This document shows, one piece after another, positions 34,238 through 48,694 of a stretch of DNA of 64,000 bases (within the stretch, counting starts at the first letter, position 1; each line of letters opens with the position of its first letter). The DNA is taken from contig JBEWZL010000202.1 of the NCBI GenBank assembly GCA_045837725.1, positions 434,001 through 498,000 on the forward strand. Reading direction: 5' to 3'. The position numbers and the translations under genes were made by a program. Source of the DNA: Vermamoeba vermiformis (taxonomy: Eukaryota). The notes under the pieces are model-generated. The model saw nothing but the letters and a program-made list of their open reading frames with translations, did not search any database and was not told the DNA's origin.

Positions 34238-35962
34238 TTAATACAACCTGTCAGTAGTCCTCTTTCCGGGCCCTAAGATCAAATGCGGCAATTTCGATGT
34301 GATTTCATATCTGGCGTTGTTACGAGACCAAGGCAGTACGTTCCAATCAGCCCTCTCGCTCACATTGCTTGTCACCGCAATTGACTGAAGACGTGCCAAA
34401 AGTGTCACGTGCAGTGTGTTGCATGTTCGTGTTCGGCAGATCAAGTGCGTCAAGTGCTGCAAGTTCGTCAAGCCAACAAGATCTTCATCCGCGGTGAAAC
34501 AATAATCGAGTGACCGAAGCAGAGTCAATTTTGACACTTGATGACACGTGTCAGTTTGACAGCATGACAGCCGCGTCAGTTTGGTCAAGTTCTGGAACAC
34601 ATCGTCGGTCACGTAAGGCACTTCTAATCGCTCCAAGTTGATAAGGGACCCAAGTCCAATGATGTCTTTGTTCGATGTCATCGGCACGATTAATTCTCGT
34701 AGCTCAGTCAAGGCAGCCAGATTCATGCTTCCGCCATTCTTGGAACTGAACTGAAGATCTATCTCAGTCAAGCCTGGCACCAGATCGAAGTTGAGTGTGA
34801 CATCCGTAGCTCTTCTGATCGTCAACTTTTTGAGCTTGGATAATTCTATTGTAGGCACAACATCAAACGATCGAACTGTCTCTAAATAGAGCTCTTGTAA
34901 GTTGTTCAGTCCAAATATGTAATGTTGAGCTGCATTCGTGGTCAAAGCCTTCACTTTCGTCAAGGTGTTTGGTAGTCGACTGAGATCAAAGCCATGGTGA
35001 CTGTTGTTCTCCCACACCAATTCTTCGAGATGGGGCGGTAAGTCGTGCAAGTAGGGTCCATAATGAGTGCCTAGTATTGTGAGGGCCTTCAAGGACGTCA
35101 ATCGTTTGTGGTCATATGTGAGGCTCTTAAAAACTGAATCTTGCAATGTCAATCGCGTCAATCGTGTGCTTTTGAGGCTGAAGTCCATCAAGACATGAAG
35201 TTCTTCTAAATTAGGCAAGTCCAAGTTCAACGGATCTCGCGGTTCAGATCCGCCAAACGGACCGTCGTACACAGCGTAGTGTGAGTCGATGGCTCTAATG
35301 TTTAATTTCTTCAGCCTCGAGAACTGATTGAACGAGATTTGCTTCGTGTACGCGCTGTCAATATTTTTGACAGTCAAAGATGTCAAAGTGTCAGGATTGA
35401 GCATTGACACTCCGTTCATCGGTCCGATGTAGACTTCTATTTTTGGTAATAAGACTTGACGGGGGTAGGTTATCACGGAGTCTACATCCAAATAGGTCAA
35501 GTGCGGAATTACTTGAATAATGGCTGCGGGAAAAGGAAGGATCAACTTTTGTAGGTTTGTAAAAGGCACCAGATCCAGCGTTGTAGTCATGCCAGATCTC
35601 TTATATAGCCATCTTGTTTCGATACTTGTCAAATTGGAGAGGTTGTTGATGAAATTGTGGAGTTGTTTTTCGGATGCTTGGTCAGATTTGTAAACTGTCA
35701 GGCTGAACTGAGAATATTTTTTGAAATGTTCGATCATTGCTGGTATTTGATACGGCGATAATATTTTGATGATAAAATGATCAACTTTAATTTGATTGAA
35801 CCAATCTTTGCAAACTGATCGAGCAAACAACCGATCTTCATCATTTAAAAAGTCGTGGATCGACTTAACTAGCTCAACGGGCAATAATTCGAATATATTC
35901 AGAATATTCTAAATTAAATAATTAATTTAATTCAACTTCTGAAGGTTTCTTACGGCTTCCAT
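34238..35962 (-). CDS. F-box + leucine-rich repeat protein
   Basis: LPVELVKSIHDFL...ARSVCKDW F-box followed by LxxLxxL repeats; one short 5' intron. Confidence 0.82.
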
Positions 35963-36410
35963 GACATGGTACTATTTTTTTGTTGCTGCGACGTGCAAAT
36001 CTTAACGACAAAAAAAGTAATATAACTAGCCACTGCTTGTAGTTGTGGTGCCGTCAAATGTTTGTCAATAATTAACCGTATCTTCCGTTGAATTCTCTTA
36101 CGATGAACACTGATCAGATTGAACCCAATGTTTCGTTATTAGTTATTACTACCTTAATTTGGTAAAGTCGTAATATGATTCTATGGCTTCTCGTTTCTTC
36201 GTCCGACTTATATAATTTTGGGATCGGGCCGTATGGCTGATCAGAACCTACTTTCTGGCTGTTCGAGGTTTTCATTTTACCTAGCCGGCCGCATTACCCG
36301 GAAAAGTCTTGCAGTAAGATGGACGAAAATTTTACACGCAAGTTTTACGCCGCTGTTTTTGTTCGAACACAAGTTCTTTTCTATTTCTGCCATCAAATCT
36401 ATCCAGCAAC

Positions 36411-37858
36411 ATGGCTTCACATCATAGCCTCGCTTTGTTAGCAATTTTGTTCGCGATCTGTGGTTTGATCGAGTGCCAAACCTTCACTACATTCACTACT
36501 AGTTTGAACTCAACGCATCCGCTGCGTAGTGAAACATTTGGTATTAATTATCCGACCAATACTTCGGTGTCTGACCCCAAAACAAAGTTTGCTTCTGTTT
36601 ATTTCAACGTTTCAGAGGCGACTTTCGTTGATACGTCCGCTTTCTTCCAAATACAAGACACTATTGTATATAAGGTAATTATTATAATAGGGTTTAATTA
36701 TATGATAAACTTAGTAAGATCTTACGCCTGATCACTTAAAAATTTCATTTTAGACCAATTCTTCTTACACAAGCCCTACTCGCGGTCCAATTACTGGTGC
36801 ATTTGGTACTATTGTTCGTAAGTATACTATTAAATATTTATCTTTATAAAGAACATTTATTAATAATTTTCTGGTGCAGCTCCTTGTTTCCCTGCCAACC
36901 GCAGCGAATCTTACTTCTTTTCTAATTTCAATGCCACGACTGATGCCGTTTATGGCGAAGCTACGTATACATATGGCGAGGGTACGTAACTTTTGCTGTC
37001 GCTTAGTACGATCTAAATCTCGATCAGTTTCCATCCCAACCGTAACGAATGGAAGCACATTTGAGGTCAAATGTCGCGTCCTTGGTCTTAGCAAATGCAA
37101 CGACTATTATTCCCTATCTATCAGCTCTACTACCGTTACCGCTGTGTACGCGTTGACCGTCGAATCTACCAACAACCTTACCATCTATTTCTATAATAAG
37201 ACCAATAACAATGAATGTGGTCGCATGCCATACTATATTACTGCCAATAAGCGTAAGTTGAGAACGTTGGTAAAGTACAAAAGCGAATTTTTTTTTGTAA
37301 CGCTCTGCATCCGCCCTTTTAGCAAGATGAGCAGTACTTCGATATGAATACAACCAATTGACTTCTAATAGGTGAGGACATTGGATTGCCCGTGGTTAGG
37401 TTACCTCTTGATTTTTGGTTGGGAATTCAAACCAACGATAATAGTGATTCCGCGCAAGTAAAGATGTCGTGGATACGTAAGTAGTCATATATATATATAT
37501 ATTCATACTACGATACGAAAAGAAAAACAGTTCTTGCGTACCGGATCCTAATCTGCGTACTGGCTGGTTTGTTTATGATTCGTTACATTGCGTTCCGAAA
37601 TCGATTTATGTGTTATATATATGTATTAATATGGATTTATGTTATATATATTAATATGTTTGTATTTTGCCGATAGTTTACGATGCTGACGCACCAATTG
37701 TCGACAACAATACTCCTAGCGGCAACACTAAAGACGACTTGCCTCGCTGGGCATTAGCCTTGTTAATTATCTTCGGTGTTATTATAGCCGTATTGACCAT
37801 CGTCGTGATTGTTTTGTGCGTCAAGAGAAGCAAACGTGCGCAGTATTCGAACATGTAA
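36411..37858 (+). CDS. Type I single-pass membrane glycoprotein
   Basis: Signal peptide, N-glycosylation sequons, C-terminal TM WALALLIIFGVIIAVLTIVVIVLCV and short tail ending YSNM. Confidence 0.75.
37487..37502. repeat. (AT)n microsatellite in intron
   Basis: atatatatatatatat. Confidence 0.8.
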
Positions 37859-38062
37859 CGCAATAAAATCCTTTTAACGCTATTCAAATATTAATAAGTG
37901 TTGTGGCTGATATCTAATAAATAACACTACCTAAGGTTTATTTGTCAAAGAAGGAACTTCATCATTGGAAATGTGGATCACGGGGAAATCACAAACAGGT
38001 TCCGCCTCAAATTAGATTGTTTTCTGATTATTCGGTAATTTGACAACATAACAAGCACACTT

Positions 38063-40006
38063 ATGGATCAAGAAATGTCTTCCGTATTAAACCAAGGCCA
38101 TGCATGTGATTATTGTCAAAAAAGGAGGATCCGCTGCGATAAACAAAAGCCGCAGTGCATAGAATGCATTACACGGAACATTCAATGTAATTATGGTGTG
38201 CGCTTAAAAAGAGGACCGAAGACTAAGAAGCAAGAAATTACGGTCAGCTCAGAAACCCGAATCCGAAAAAAATCAAAATCCAATTCCCGAGTTCAAGCGC
38301 TTCTATTCGAATTGGAATTTAACAAGAAAATGGTAGATATATGGAAAAGTGCTTTTCTTAATGAGAATGACAATTTCAGGAGCGCTAAGCAAAAATGTCG
38401 AGAGTTCGAACCTGCCACGGAGGAATTTATCAGATCGCCCAACGCAATTCAGACAATAATGACAGAATTTAATGAGACGTTTAGATTAATATTTAGTATG
38501 CCAACTTACGCGGCTAATATGGATTTTGCAACGAAGATCTGGCAAGCGATGATAGAGATTTCCGCTGTAGATTTACTTTCAATGCTCAGTACATTTGATT
38601 CGAACCTCCTATTATCAATGCTAGAATATTATATCGCATTCATGCTTTGTAAGTTATTTTGAAATGAAATTGAATCGAGATCTTTATTGAGATCTAATCC
38701 CATTTCATTTCTTGCAGGTCTCAAGCTATCAAAATATAACGACATCGCAGAGTACATATCTATTTTCGTCAATTATATATTCGACACGATAATATACTCC
38801 AGAGAAGATTGCCCCGTGTCACTGGAGCAAGCAGAGCAAATACTTCACAGTTTGGCCTTCGTTGGTCATTATTATAAAATGACGAACAATCGCCATGCAC
38901 TAACGAACAACATATTTATATCCTACGAGATTTACAACAACGGCAAGAAAAAATGGGCTATGCCAAAAGATCTTGAAGCTAGGTAAGAAAATTTCCCAAA
39001 TGGCTCACTATTGCTATAGTAAGACAAAGTTACATATGCGGTGTTTTTTGTTGTGATATAACCTGTTCTGGCAGTCGGATTATGCTGACTTCGTTTGCTC
39101 GAATTCAGGGCGTTGTGTCGAATGATTCTAGCAGCTAAATCAGAAGAAGATCGAAGAGCGTATATTGACTCATTCTACGCGCTTGATCCCGCAGAGGTAA
39201 CGTCAGCAATTTGTTCGGACTGGATCTGTCTGACAAAAATTTTCTCTTCTAGTTGCATGCACTAACGCTTTTCATGGTCAATATATCTGTATCAATAGAG
39301 TCTATTCAAAATAAGAAAACGAATCTCGTGTAAGTTGTTACCGACGTCGATTTCGATCACGTCACTTGATCTAATGGATCCATCCACTAGGGAGGCGAAT
39401 GTGGCGATTGAGAAGGCATCGTATTTTGCTCAAGCATTTGTATCTCAATATGACAGTCGCATGCAAAGTCCAGCCGAGCGCTACTATGATTCTTGGATTG
39501 GCGTTGTTCACTCTGAGGTTGCTTTCAGATCCGGCAATGTTGAGCTTTCACGCAGCAAATTTGGACGATTACTAGAATCATATGCTGTAATGTCATCTCC
39601 TTGCAGAGATTGCTGATGTCTAACATTGAGGCAAGTTTTTGATTGACACGTGTCAAGTGTCATCTTTTGGACTCGTACAGTACGACCGGCTTTGGCTAAC
39701 AGCAACTTTTCTTAGTACTTTGAGCACTCAATGGGAGACCATGCCTTGCTAATCAAAGAGTTCTTGCCGCTATTAACTAATCAGGGCGTCACGATGACAC
39801 AAACATTGCCGCATTCGCTGCTCCTGGCAACAACTTTCCAACACATGAGCGATAGCAAATCGATCAACTACAGTAGCAATAATGTCTACTCGCCTTCTAA
39901 TACCTATGGACCAATGAGTAGTTCGAGTGAGGAAATAAGCACGGTGGCAGAGTTTTACGATGTTAGTGCAGATCCGTTTTTTGAATTTGACTCTATCACC
40001 TTGTAA
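38063..40006 (+). CDS. Zn(II)2Cys6 binuclear-cluster transcription factor
   Basis: CDYCQKRRIRCDKQKPQCIECITRNIQC followed by KRGPK. There is an apparent 1-nt frameshift near 39550. Confidence 0.85.
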
Positions 40007-42576
40007 CAAATATGTAAATAATTAATATTAACATATTTATACCCGACATTCAAGTTCGTTGGATCGGGCCTGCACCATTGATCATTCTCTTTTGTAGCTC
40101 CGCAAATACTGGGTGATGCAAAGCGTTCGTTGCGGTACAAACTAGACTCCACTCTGTACATTAGCTCTGAGGAATTATTATAAGCTTCCAACTGACCTTG
40201 ATTGGTATCAATTAACGCGTGCACTAACTGTGCTAACAACGGATGAACTTCGATGTTGGATCGCGACATGACCGCCACCAAGTTATCATACCCGACATCA
40301 CTGGGTGCTAAGTTGTAGGCCTTAACAAGCAATAGAGTTGGTCGATATGTAAAGAGGCATCGCTGCAGTCACGTACTAGTCTAAACAATATCGCACCAAC
40401 ATTGCACAAGTCATCGCGAAAGCTGATTGGTCCGCTACATTCGGGCAAATAACCTTCTGTGTAGCCTCGTCGCTCCACTCTAAGAATAATTTATACGTTC
40501 AATATGGTTGATATATTCTAATAAATACTTACTCGGTGTTGTCGTGGAGTATTTCCGAGTACGCAAAGTCGAACAATTTGATGCTGTCCGATGCCTTGTC
40601 GTACGCTAAATTTGACAATTTAATGTCACCGTGTACTACGTTGCAGGCATGCAGTGCTTCTACGCTCTATAAAGATTAGATAACGGTACCAACCGACATT
40701 CGTACTCGTTCTAGTACCTGCAATAGTTTGAACGCAAAAGTCACTATATCTTCATTGCTCTTATTGATATGACACTCCTGAACACATTCCAGTAATTCAA
40801 ACACCAAACCTGCGAGCCCAATGTCAACTGTCTGAATAAGCCTCGGTTTGTACGGAAAGTCATTGTCTTATCAGAAAAAGTTAGTATATTATTAACTGAT
40901 CGCTATGATAATACGATCTTACTATTCAGCCAGTCATAAATCTCCTTTTCCGCTTCATAATCTGAATATTTCTTGAATAATTTGACCACGCAAGGACTGT
41001 CTGCATACTTCGCTTTTACAACTAACGAGCGTTGGTTCTATTTGATCATATATTAATGTCTATTCGTTAACTAAGGAAGTACTTACATTTGATATTATTT
41101 CAACGCTGCTAAAGCCATATTCCAGCAAGTTTTTAAACTCTATGAAATATTCGTCTCCTTCAACTTGGCTTTCTGTAGTATTCTTCGATATATTATTGAT
41201 GTTGTTACTTATATGAGCTCCAACAGTATATTTAGTCATCTTGACAGCAGGACGTAATCTTGCCTTTAGGATCCACCGAAGAACCGCATCCTCTCTGAGG
41301 AATTATGTTCAATCAATATTATCATCGTGACCTTTTTTCGTACCTTCTTTCGCGTATACGCCAGAGAATATTTAACAGGCGCACAAACGAGCTGAAGCCA
41401 GTAATCGTTATATTTTCTAAGAAATAGCAATCGTACTGCCACTCGTCGTCGATTAGCTGATTAGGTGCGTTGCTCTGGACGAAAGAGCTTGTTTGTTCTG
41501 TTATTAATTTGTTCGTCGCCTTCAACGCGTAGACTCGCACTTCTGGACCTGCGGTGGTCAAGCCGAAGATGTACGGATTAATTTTTAAGACTTGAATGAA
41601 GCACTGCGACGACACGACCATCTCGCATAACAATTTGGACCTATAATAGGCATGCTTAGTATTATTGTTCGGTAAGGATTGAGCTTTTCAATTACTTGTC
41701 TACAAGTCCCTCTGCATCCGAACCATTAATCTCGACTAACAAATCTTTCATTTTCAATAATTGATCTCCACACGCCATGCAGTCCTTAGGCAAGTCAGCA
41801 ATATAAACAGGCTGCCCATCAATCATCACTTGGTCAGCTAGTCGTTTTCCATCTTTGGTCACTCGAGTTGAACGCACGTGCATCCAACCATCGCAAATAT
41901 CTGGCGCAATACCTGACGATAATATTTTTCGGGTCTCTTTGCTAATATTGATGCTCTCAGCAACTTCATATTTGAGTAGTCTAAAGGAACAATTCAGATC
42001 CGAATAAATTACTTGTCTATCGAGGAAATTAATTGATTATTATTACCCTGAAGGACAGCCATTAAGACATGCGAGTCTAATCAATGGCGCGAATAAGTGC
42101 GCTTGCCACGTTGTTTTAGTGTGGGCTTGATCCTTGAAAATCTTCTCAAACTGCAAAAGACCGCCTTAAGTTCTCAGATACTTATTAGCTATTGACTTAC
42201 TAATTCATAATTTTTTAGCCCTTCCTCTAAATAAGCTTCATATTCAGGATTTTTGAGCGAAGTTAAAGTAGCTCCTATCGAAGAGAAAAGGTTGTTGTGC
42301 TTCTATATTACGTCAAAAAGTATTAGTAAATTACCAACACGATACCATATTATTTTATACTCACTTCATCAAAGAATTCGGTCACAGAAAACGTCTGATA
42401 AATAATCCTCGTTAGATCTTCGTCCAGATCTTGACCTAAATCATGAACGCGAATTCTTTCAGCAAGAACAGCACTATTCAACTCTTTGGTGGCATAGGGC
42501 ACGAGCTCTGCGATTAATAAGCAGGATCCAAGAAAGGATCGAAAGTTTCGTTTGACGTACCGCAGTCTTCATCCAT
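39955..42576 (-). CDS. Divergent protein kinase with N-terminal nuclease-fold-like region
   Basis: Kinase motifs CVVKLFK, HGDIKLSN, KLFDFAYS and RGYTEGY. The upstream region has LLVEING..IFGLTTAGPEVRVY. Confidence 0.65.
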
Positions 42577-43048
42577 TGTGTATCATTTGTGTTTGTTCTT
42601 CTTGCTAAATGATTTTGAGCAGATCTGTCGCAGTGAGAAATTGAGATTTTACAACTATTAAAAATTTCAATTTTGTTGAGCCTCAATTCCAGCCAGTAAT
42701 TATTTGAATATGTGAGAAGGCCTAATAAATAGACGGTTGCTTATAATTATGGTGTTGATATTAGCAGCACTAAAATTTTTGGCGCCGAATTATCACTGCA
42801 GGAAATCGAAGCGATTGGGGTGGCTGATTGCGCATAGCAAATACAACGCGTTGTTATATTTTCAATTGATATTAATAGTAATAAATTATCAGGGCCCTGC
42901 TGTGCTTTTGTTCAGCGAAAATGAAATTAAACTGTCCTTTGTTTGATCAAACGAACACACACACATTTAAAGTGATTTTGAAACGACCAGAATAATATTT
43001 TATTATCATTATTTTGGTTCGTTTCAAATCTAACGCATCGCCTCTCAA

Positions 43049-45305
43049 ATGATAAGTGGATCGAGTTTTTTATTCGGATCTTTTGTCATGGGCTCTTCAT
43101 TGTCCTTCAGAACGGACTTTTCAGTCGACAAATTCACCAGTAGCTCTATGTTGGATCAAATACAATTTTTGAAGAATTTATTGGCAAGCTCAGAAGAGGC
43201 AGATGTCGTGATCACTTATTTAAAGCTGTTCAACCAGCTTTACAAGGACCGTAAAGAAGTTATGATTAGCAATAGCATGTTTAACGACAGAGTATTAATT
43301 GAACGGCTGATGAAGAAGATTGGATTCGTTTCGGGCGATAATTTAGATGCCGATCAATCTCGTAATCGCCTGCAGTTCCAAATTGCAAGCGAAGCCACTC
43401 ACGCACTTGGATTAATAGCACGAGAAGGTAATTAATTAATTTAGACCAACGCTGGATTATTTCTTGGCTAATCCAGAATAATTTTGCGATTTTGCAATCA
43501 CCGAGTAATCCACTAAAAATCATCGCGCCAAAATTATTAAATAACAAATATAATGGATTATGATATGAATCGATAACATTGCAATTAATTAATTAACGCT
43601 GCTGTTTCAGATGTCAATTTTTTTCGATGTACCCATTTTAATTATCGTGTCAGTATTAATACTGTCATATTATTACAGATAGTGCTCGTGAACATATTAT
43701 TAACGTCGGAGGCGTTCAATTAATCATCAGAAACATTCAGCAACACGGAGCCGTCGAACAGTTGACTGAATACAGCTTATTTACGCTTGGAAACCTTAGT
43801 ATTCATGGTAATATATTAGTTTTGTCATTAGTGATTATAATAAGCGTACTGAATCTAGAATATTTGATCTTTTTTACGCATCCGTGTTTTCCGTCAAGCT
43901 TTAATTTTGATTTCAAAATGGGGATTTATCACTAATATTCGTGGAATAATATAGAACAAGGCAAGAGACTTATGGTTGAACAAAATGGAATCAAATTGGT
44001 GACAGATGTGATGCAGAATAGTTTGTCCTCAGCGCAGGTCCTCGCACGCGCTTGTTTTGTTCTAGGAAATCTTGCTTTTCACGGTAAATACTCTAATATA
44101 GTATATTTTATTATAAAATAGCTGACACGTGAGTATTGTACTGATGACTTTTAACGTCCGCAGAGAACTGCAAGAGGGTGATTCAGCAGCACGGCGGCAT
44201 TGAACGTACTGCTCTAGCGATGAGTGCGCACCCTGACCATGCACCACTGGCCCTAGAGGGATGCTTTTTATTGGGCAACATGTCCGTCCTCAAAGGTGAG
44301 TCTCGTGCACATGTCGCGCGATATCGAAGTAAGACGCGTGTCGCTAATTTTTCTTTGCAGAAAGTCGTGAGTTGATCGTGGCCTCTAAAGGTGTTGGACT
44401 GATTCTCAACGCCATTAAATGCACGCGCGCACTGTCTGAGTTGCTTGAGCTCGCTTGCACGGCCTTGTACAACTTGACACTCAGCGGTACGTATTTGACA
44501 CTTTGACATTTTGACACTTGAAGCAGCTACTGTTCAATAGTCTTTCAATATAGCATTGCTATTGTTTGTACTAGCGTACTAATGTCGTTATTGCAGATGA
44601 GGGCAACAAACAAGTGTGCGAGAGTGACGCGGTTGTCGTGCTAGTTGACATGATCAAAACGAGCAACAAAGACGATAACTTCCTAATTGAAGCGATGGGC
44701 GTTATCAACCGTGCCTATCTCTACTCAGAACAGAACAAATTGACGGTCATTACTTCGGGCTTGATCAGCACCGTCATCACGATCATGGGATCTAGCCGCA
44801 ATCCAAACTTGAAGTTGGCCTGCTTCAACCTCCTGAACTTTTTGAGCAATCCTGAGAGCGTCATATACGAGACTAGACCTATGGGTATGTATTGATACTC
44901 TTCTTCTTGCGAGCCACATCCAACTCGCTTTCAATTTCAGCATTAATTTATGGAAATCGACCTTAAAGAGATTCATATATACTAATGGTATTTGCAGGCG
45001 TTTCTAGTCTATTGGAGCTGTCAGCAAGATCAGTGCTGAACAGATCCGAAGGCGCGTTTCCGGATGTGGCTCAGTTAAGCTTGCCCAGCGAGTTGCTCGA
45101 GTACTTGACGCAAAGACCTCGCCAATGTGATCAATGTGGCCGTAATTACTTTGATTACTACCATCAGCTTGTTACGTTCAAGAAGTACGATGGATTTAAC
45201 CAAAAGTTGCCAGCCATGAACAAATTGTGTTCAGAGAATTGCGTTCATGAAATGAAACAACGATCGTATGCCGAAGTAGGGCCCAACAGAGGCACGTTGA
45301 AGTAG
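43049..45305 (+). CDS. Armadillo-repeat protein with C-terminal Cys cluster
   Basis: Repeated GGV/GGI...ACF.LGNL ARM units. The C-terminus reads VSSLLELSARSV...CDQC...CSENC. Confidence 0.8.
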
Positions 45306-45548
45306 AAGACTAAGACATCGAAGAGAATGTTCTCCTGCTCAGATCTGTGATATATTGACCCCGTACCTTGTAAATGTGTAAAAAGGATTCCGCGAATTCA
45401 TTGCCTCATATTTATCGTATTCAATAATATTTGCCGCTCAGTTTGATTGAGGCGGAAAGCTTAATGGAATTTGGTAATTTTTCAGATTTACCTACCTGCT
45501 GAATAGCACCGTTTGCTTGAGTCAAACCTACTTACGAATATTATAATA

Positions 45549-47588
45549 ATGCTAAGTCGAGGATTTCAAGCACTTAGACGAGTTTGTACGCGGGTTGGAT
45601 CTAACCGCAGCTTGGCGAAGGTAATCAAAAACCTACAAATATTATTAATATTTAAATTGTGGTTAGAAAGTTGCAATATTGTTGTTATAATTGCAAAATA
45701 TCTAACTGACTAATTGTTAAAAATTACAGAAAATCAAATTAAATGCTCCAATTCGCAGATCTTATCTCAAAGGTAAATATACAACTCATACTTACTATTA
45801 TTGATATATTTACAGTGATATCGCCTTTAAAACAATCTAGCAAGCTAGTGTTCGGATCTGCTGTTGCATTAGCCATTGTACCATTACAACTGAATGAGAC
45901 GGTATGAATTTCATTTAATTCCAATAATATTAACAATAATGTTCATAGAATACTAGTGAAGAGGCTGATAAACGAGAGAAAGTGCAGCGAACAGAAGATC
46001 TGGTGCGGCTGATCAAGCTCGTCAAAGGAGTGCCTGGTGTCGTGGTAGTGGTGATGAAAGATGGAAAAGTGCAATTTGAACGAGGATTTGGATATGCAGG
46101 TACGGCCCTATTGTAGCTTGTTGACTCAATATTCTGACACTTTCGGATCCAGACGTAGAAAACGGCCTTAAAATGAAGTCAAATCAGTTACTAAGAATAG
46201 CAAGCATATCAAAGGTACATTAAATTTATAACATTAAATCATAGTCTCAATAACTCTTTGTTAGGCAATGACTACCGCTGCGCTAGGTCAAGCGATTGAA
46301 CAGGTAACGATACCTTATTCCCATAAAAGGAAATATTTACTAATATAGTAATACTGATTCTAGGGTTTGATTGACATCGATAAGCCAATCAGCGAATATC
46401 TACCCGATTATCCGCAACAAAAAGACTCCATCACACCACGCATGCTCGCGTCACATTTGAGTGGCACACGACATTACAAGGGCAGAGAGTTCTTGTCGAA
46501 TAGTGAATATGAGACTATTCAAGACGCACTCGAAGTGTTTAAGTAAGTTCTAATCACCATTTACATTCACTTTTCAAATGAAAAAATTGCTTGACACGTA
46601 CAAACACTACCACGATTTCTTGCAATTTTTTCACGTGATTCGTGTTCAAAGGCGTAGTATGACACGTGTCATTACAAACTATTTTGTCAATTTGCTTTGT
46701 GCAGTATCGCGCAATTGTGTCTTTTGAATGACGATTGATGTGTGCAGGAATGATCCGCTCAGCAGTCAGCCAGGCGAGAAATATTTGTACACGAGTCACG
46801 GCTTCACGTTGTTGAGTGCGATCATTGAACGAGTGACCAAACAAGCCTTTGTGGACTATATGAAGCAGAATGTGTTCGATAAAATGGGCCTGGAGGACAC
46901 AACTATAGATGGCAATACTGATTTAATGCTGAACAGATCCAAGTATTATTACAGATCCGGATGTAGCTCCGTCGATCGCGCTAACGAAGAAGAGCGAAAG
47001 AAGAAAGCAGAGAATACTACTAATACTAATAGTGATAATAATAGCGATGGTAAGATAAAGCCGAAGAAAATTCCCGTGGCCAAATGTGCGTTGCAAAATT
47101 CACCTGAAGTCAACAACAGCATGAAATGGGCAGGCGGAGGATTCGTTTCGACAGCGAGGCAAGCATATTAAGCAATATTATAGTGCCTCTAATGACCTAT
47201 GATTATCGATTAGGGATGTTGCCTTATTTGGTCACAATCTCGTGCTCGGAGATTTCTTAAAGTCCAGTACAAAAGAATTGCTGTTCGCACCGCAACAATT
47301 AAAGGACGGAAAATTCACCGAATATGGCCTGGGCTGGCAAGTACAGACGAAAAGAATTCACGGCGTCGAAGAGAAGATTATTGGGCACGCTGGTGGGGCT
47401 GTTGGCGCGAGGTACGTGAACACGATACTTTTCGACATTAGGGCACGTTTATATTGACTTTGTCTAGCTCACATCTGCTTGTCATTCCGTCGAGTCGAGT
47501 AGTAGTTGCCATAATAGGAAATTTAGAAGAAGTCGGATTTTATCAAACGGCGCTGAAGATCGCGAAAGTGTGGCATCAAAAGAAGTAA
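45549..47588 (+). CDS. LACTB: Mitochondrial serine beta-lactamase-like protein
   Basis: Arg-rich targeting peptide, RIASISK (SxxK), HLSGTRHY, YLYTSHG, KWAGGGFVST and GHAGGAVG. Confidence 0.85.
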
Positions 47589-47719
47589 ATCTGCACCACT
47601 CGCTGATTCATTTCCTCATCCTTGGAACTATTATAAAGTACTAATATTGTCGTGTAAATTATTTACCATTATATACACTTTGAGGCTAAGTTTAGTACTT
47701 AAAAGTAAGTTGGATGTGT

Positions 47720-48465
47720 CTAAACCGCTTGTTGTGGTACGAGACTGGTGGTTGCATCGACGGCGCCTGTGTGCGTTGGAGTGTAGCGAGGCTCTTCAGG
47801 ACCCTATTTTATAATCGTAAGTAAGCTGCGTGTATGTCAATTTTGCGATCCACCCGAGAATAGGTACCTTCTTCTTGCGGCTGTTAGAGCAGCAAGTGAA
47901 GCTGAGACAAATGAACGGCAATAAGATCAAGAACAAAGCAATGCCAATTAAGCCGAATAAGAAGCCAAATATGAATGCTGCGGCGAAGATCTAGAAACGA
48001 AATGGAACCTGTCAGATCTGTTTTGACACGTAGGTTACTTTTAGCTTACTAATGAGCGTTTCCAAGCAGCCATAGTTTCTGTTGCCCTAGTGTTGGTGTA
48101 CGGAGAGTAGCCATCGATGAATAGATCGTATTTGTAAAAAAAGAATCGATATTCAACTTTGATCTGATTAAAAATAAAAGTTATTAATTATATATGAATA
48201 TATATATTACTACACATCCTTACTATTAAAACGTGCACTCCAATGGTAATAACTGAAGCGGCGTATGCCTTCTGAGTCAAAATTTCGTTTCCGTTGACTT
48301 TTACCGTGATATTCTGGGGTATAAATTAGTATATAAATAATTGCGCTATTTATCGTTGTTTATTTTCGATAAAATAAAATGCCGTACTCGTAATCTACCG
48401 TGCTCTATTTCGACGGTATACTTTTGACCGTCCAGATACACTGACCAACCTTTCCAAAGAGGCAT
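47720..48465 (-). CDS. Small hypothetical membrane protein
   Basis: Exons with GT/AG boundaries splice in frame (MPLWKGWSVYLDGQKY...). It has a long hydrophobic segment followed by CFTCCS. Confidence 0.65.
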
Positions 48466-48694
48466 TTTGTGTTGTTGACTTTGTTTATGATGTTGATATC
48501 TAAATTAACCGGATATTTTGCAACTGTTTTGAAATCTGTCACACCGATCGCAGAAGTTCAATTTTCAAATAAAATTAGCTTCGAGTGGTTCAGAAGTGAC
48601 AACTGAACAATATGTTAATCACGTATTCTTAATTAGTTTCACAACCACGACCGTCGTCTTATTCTGTATGAGATCACACAACAGACAATTTTAT

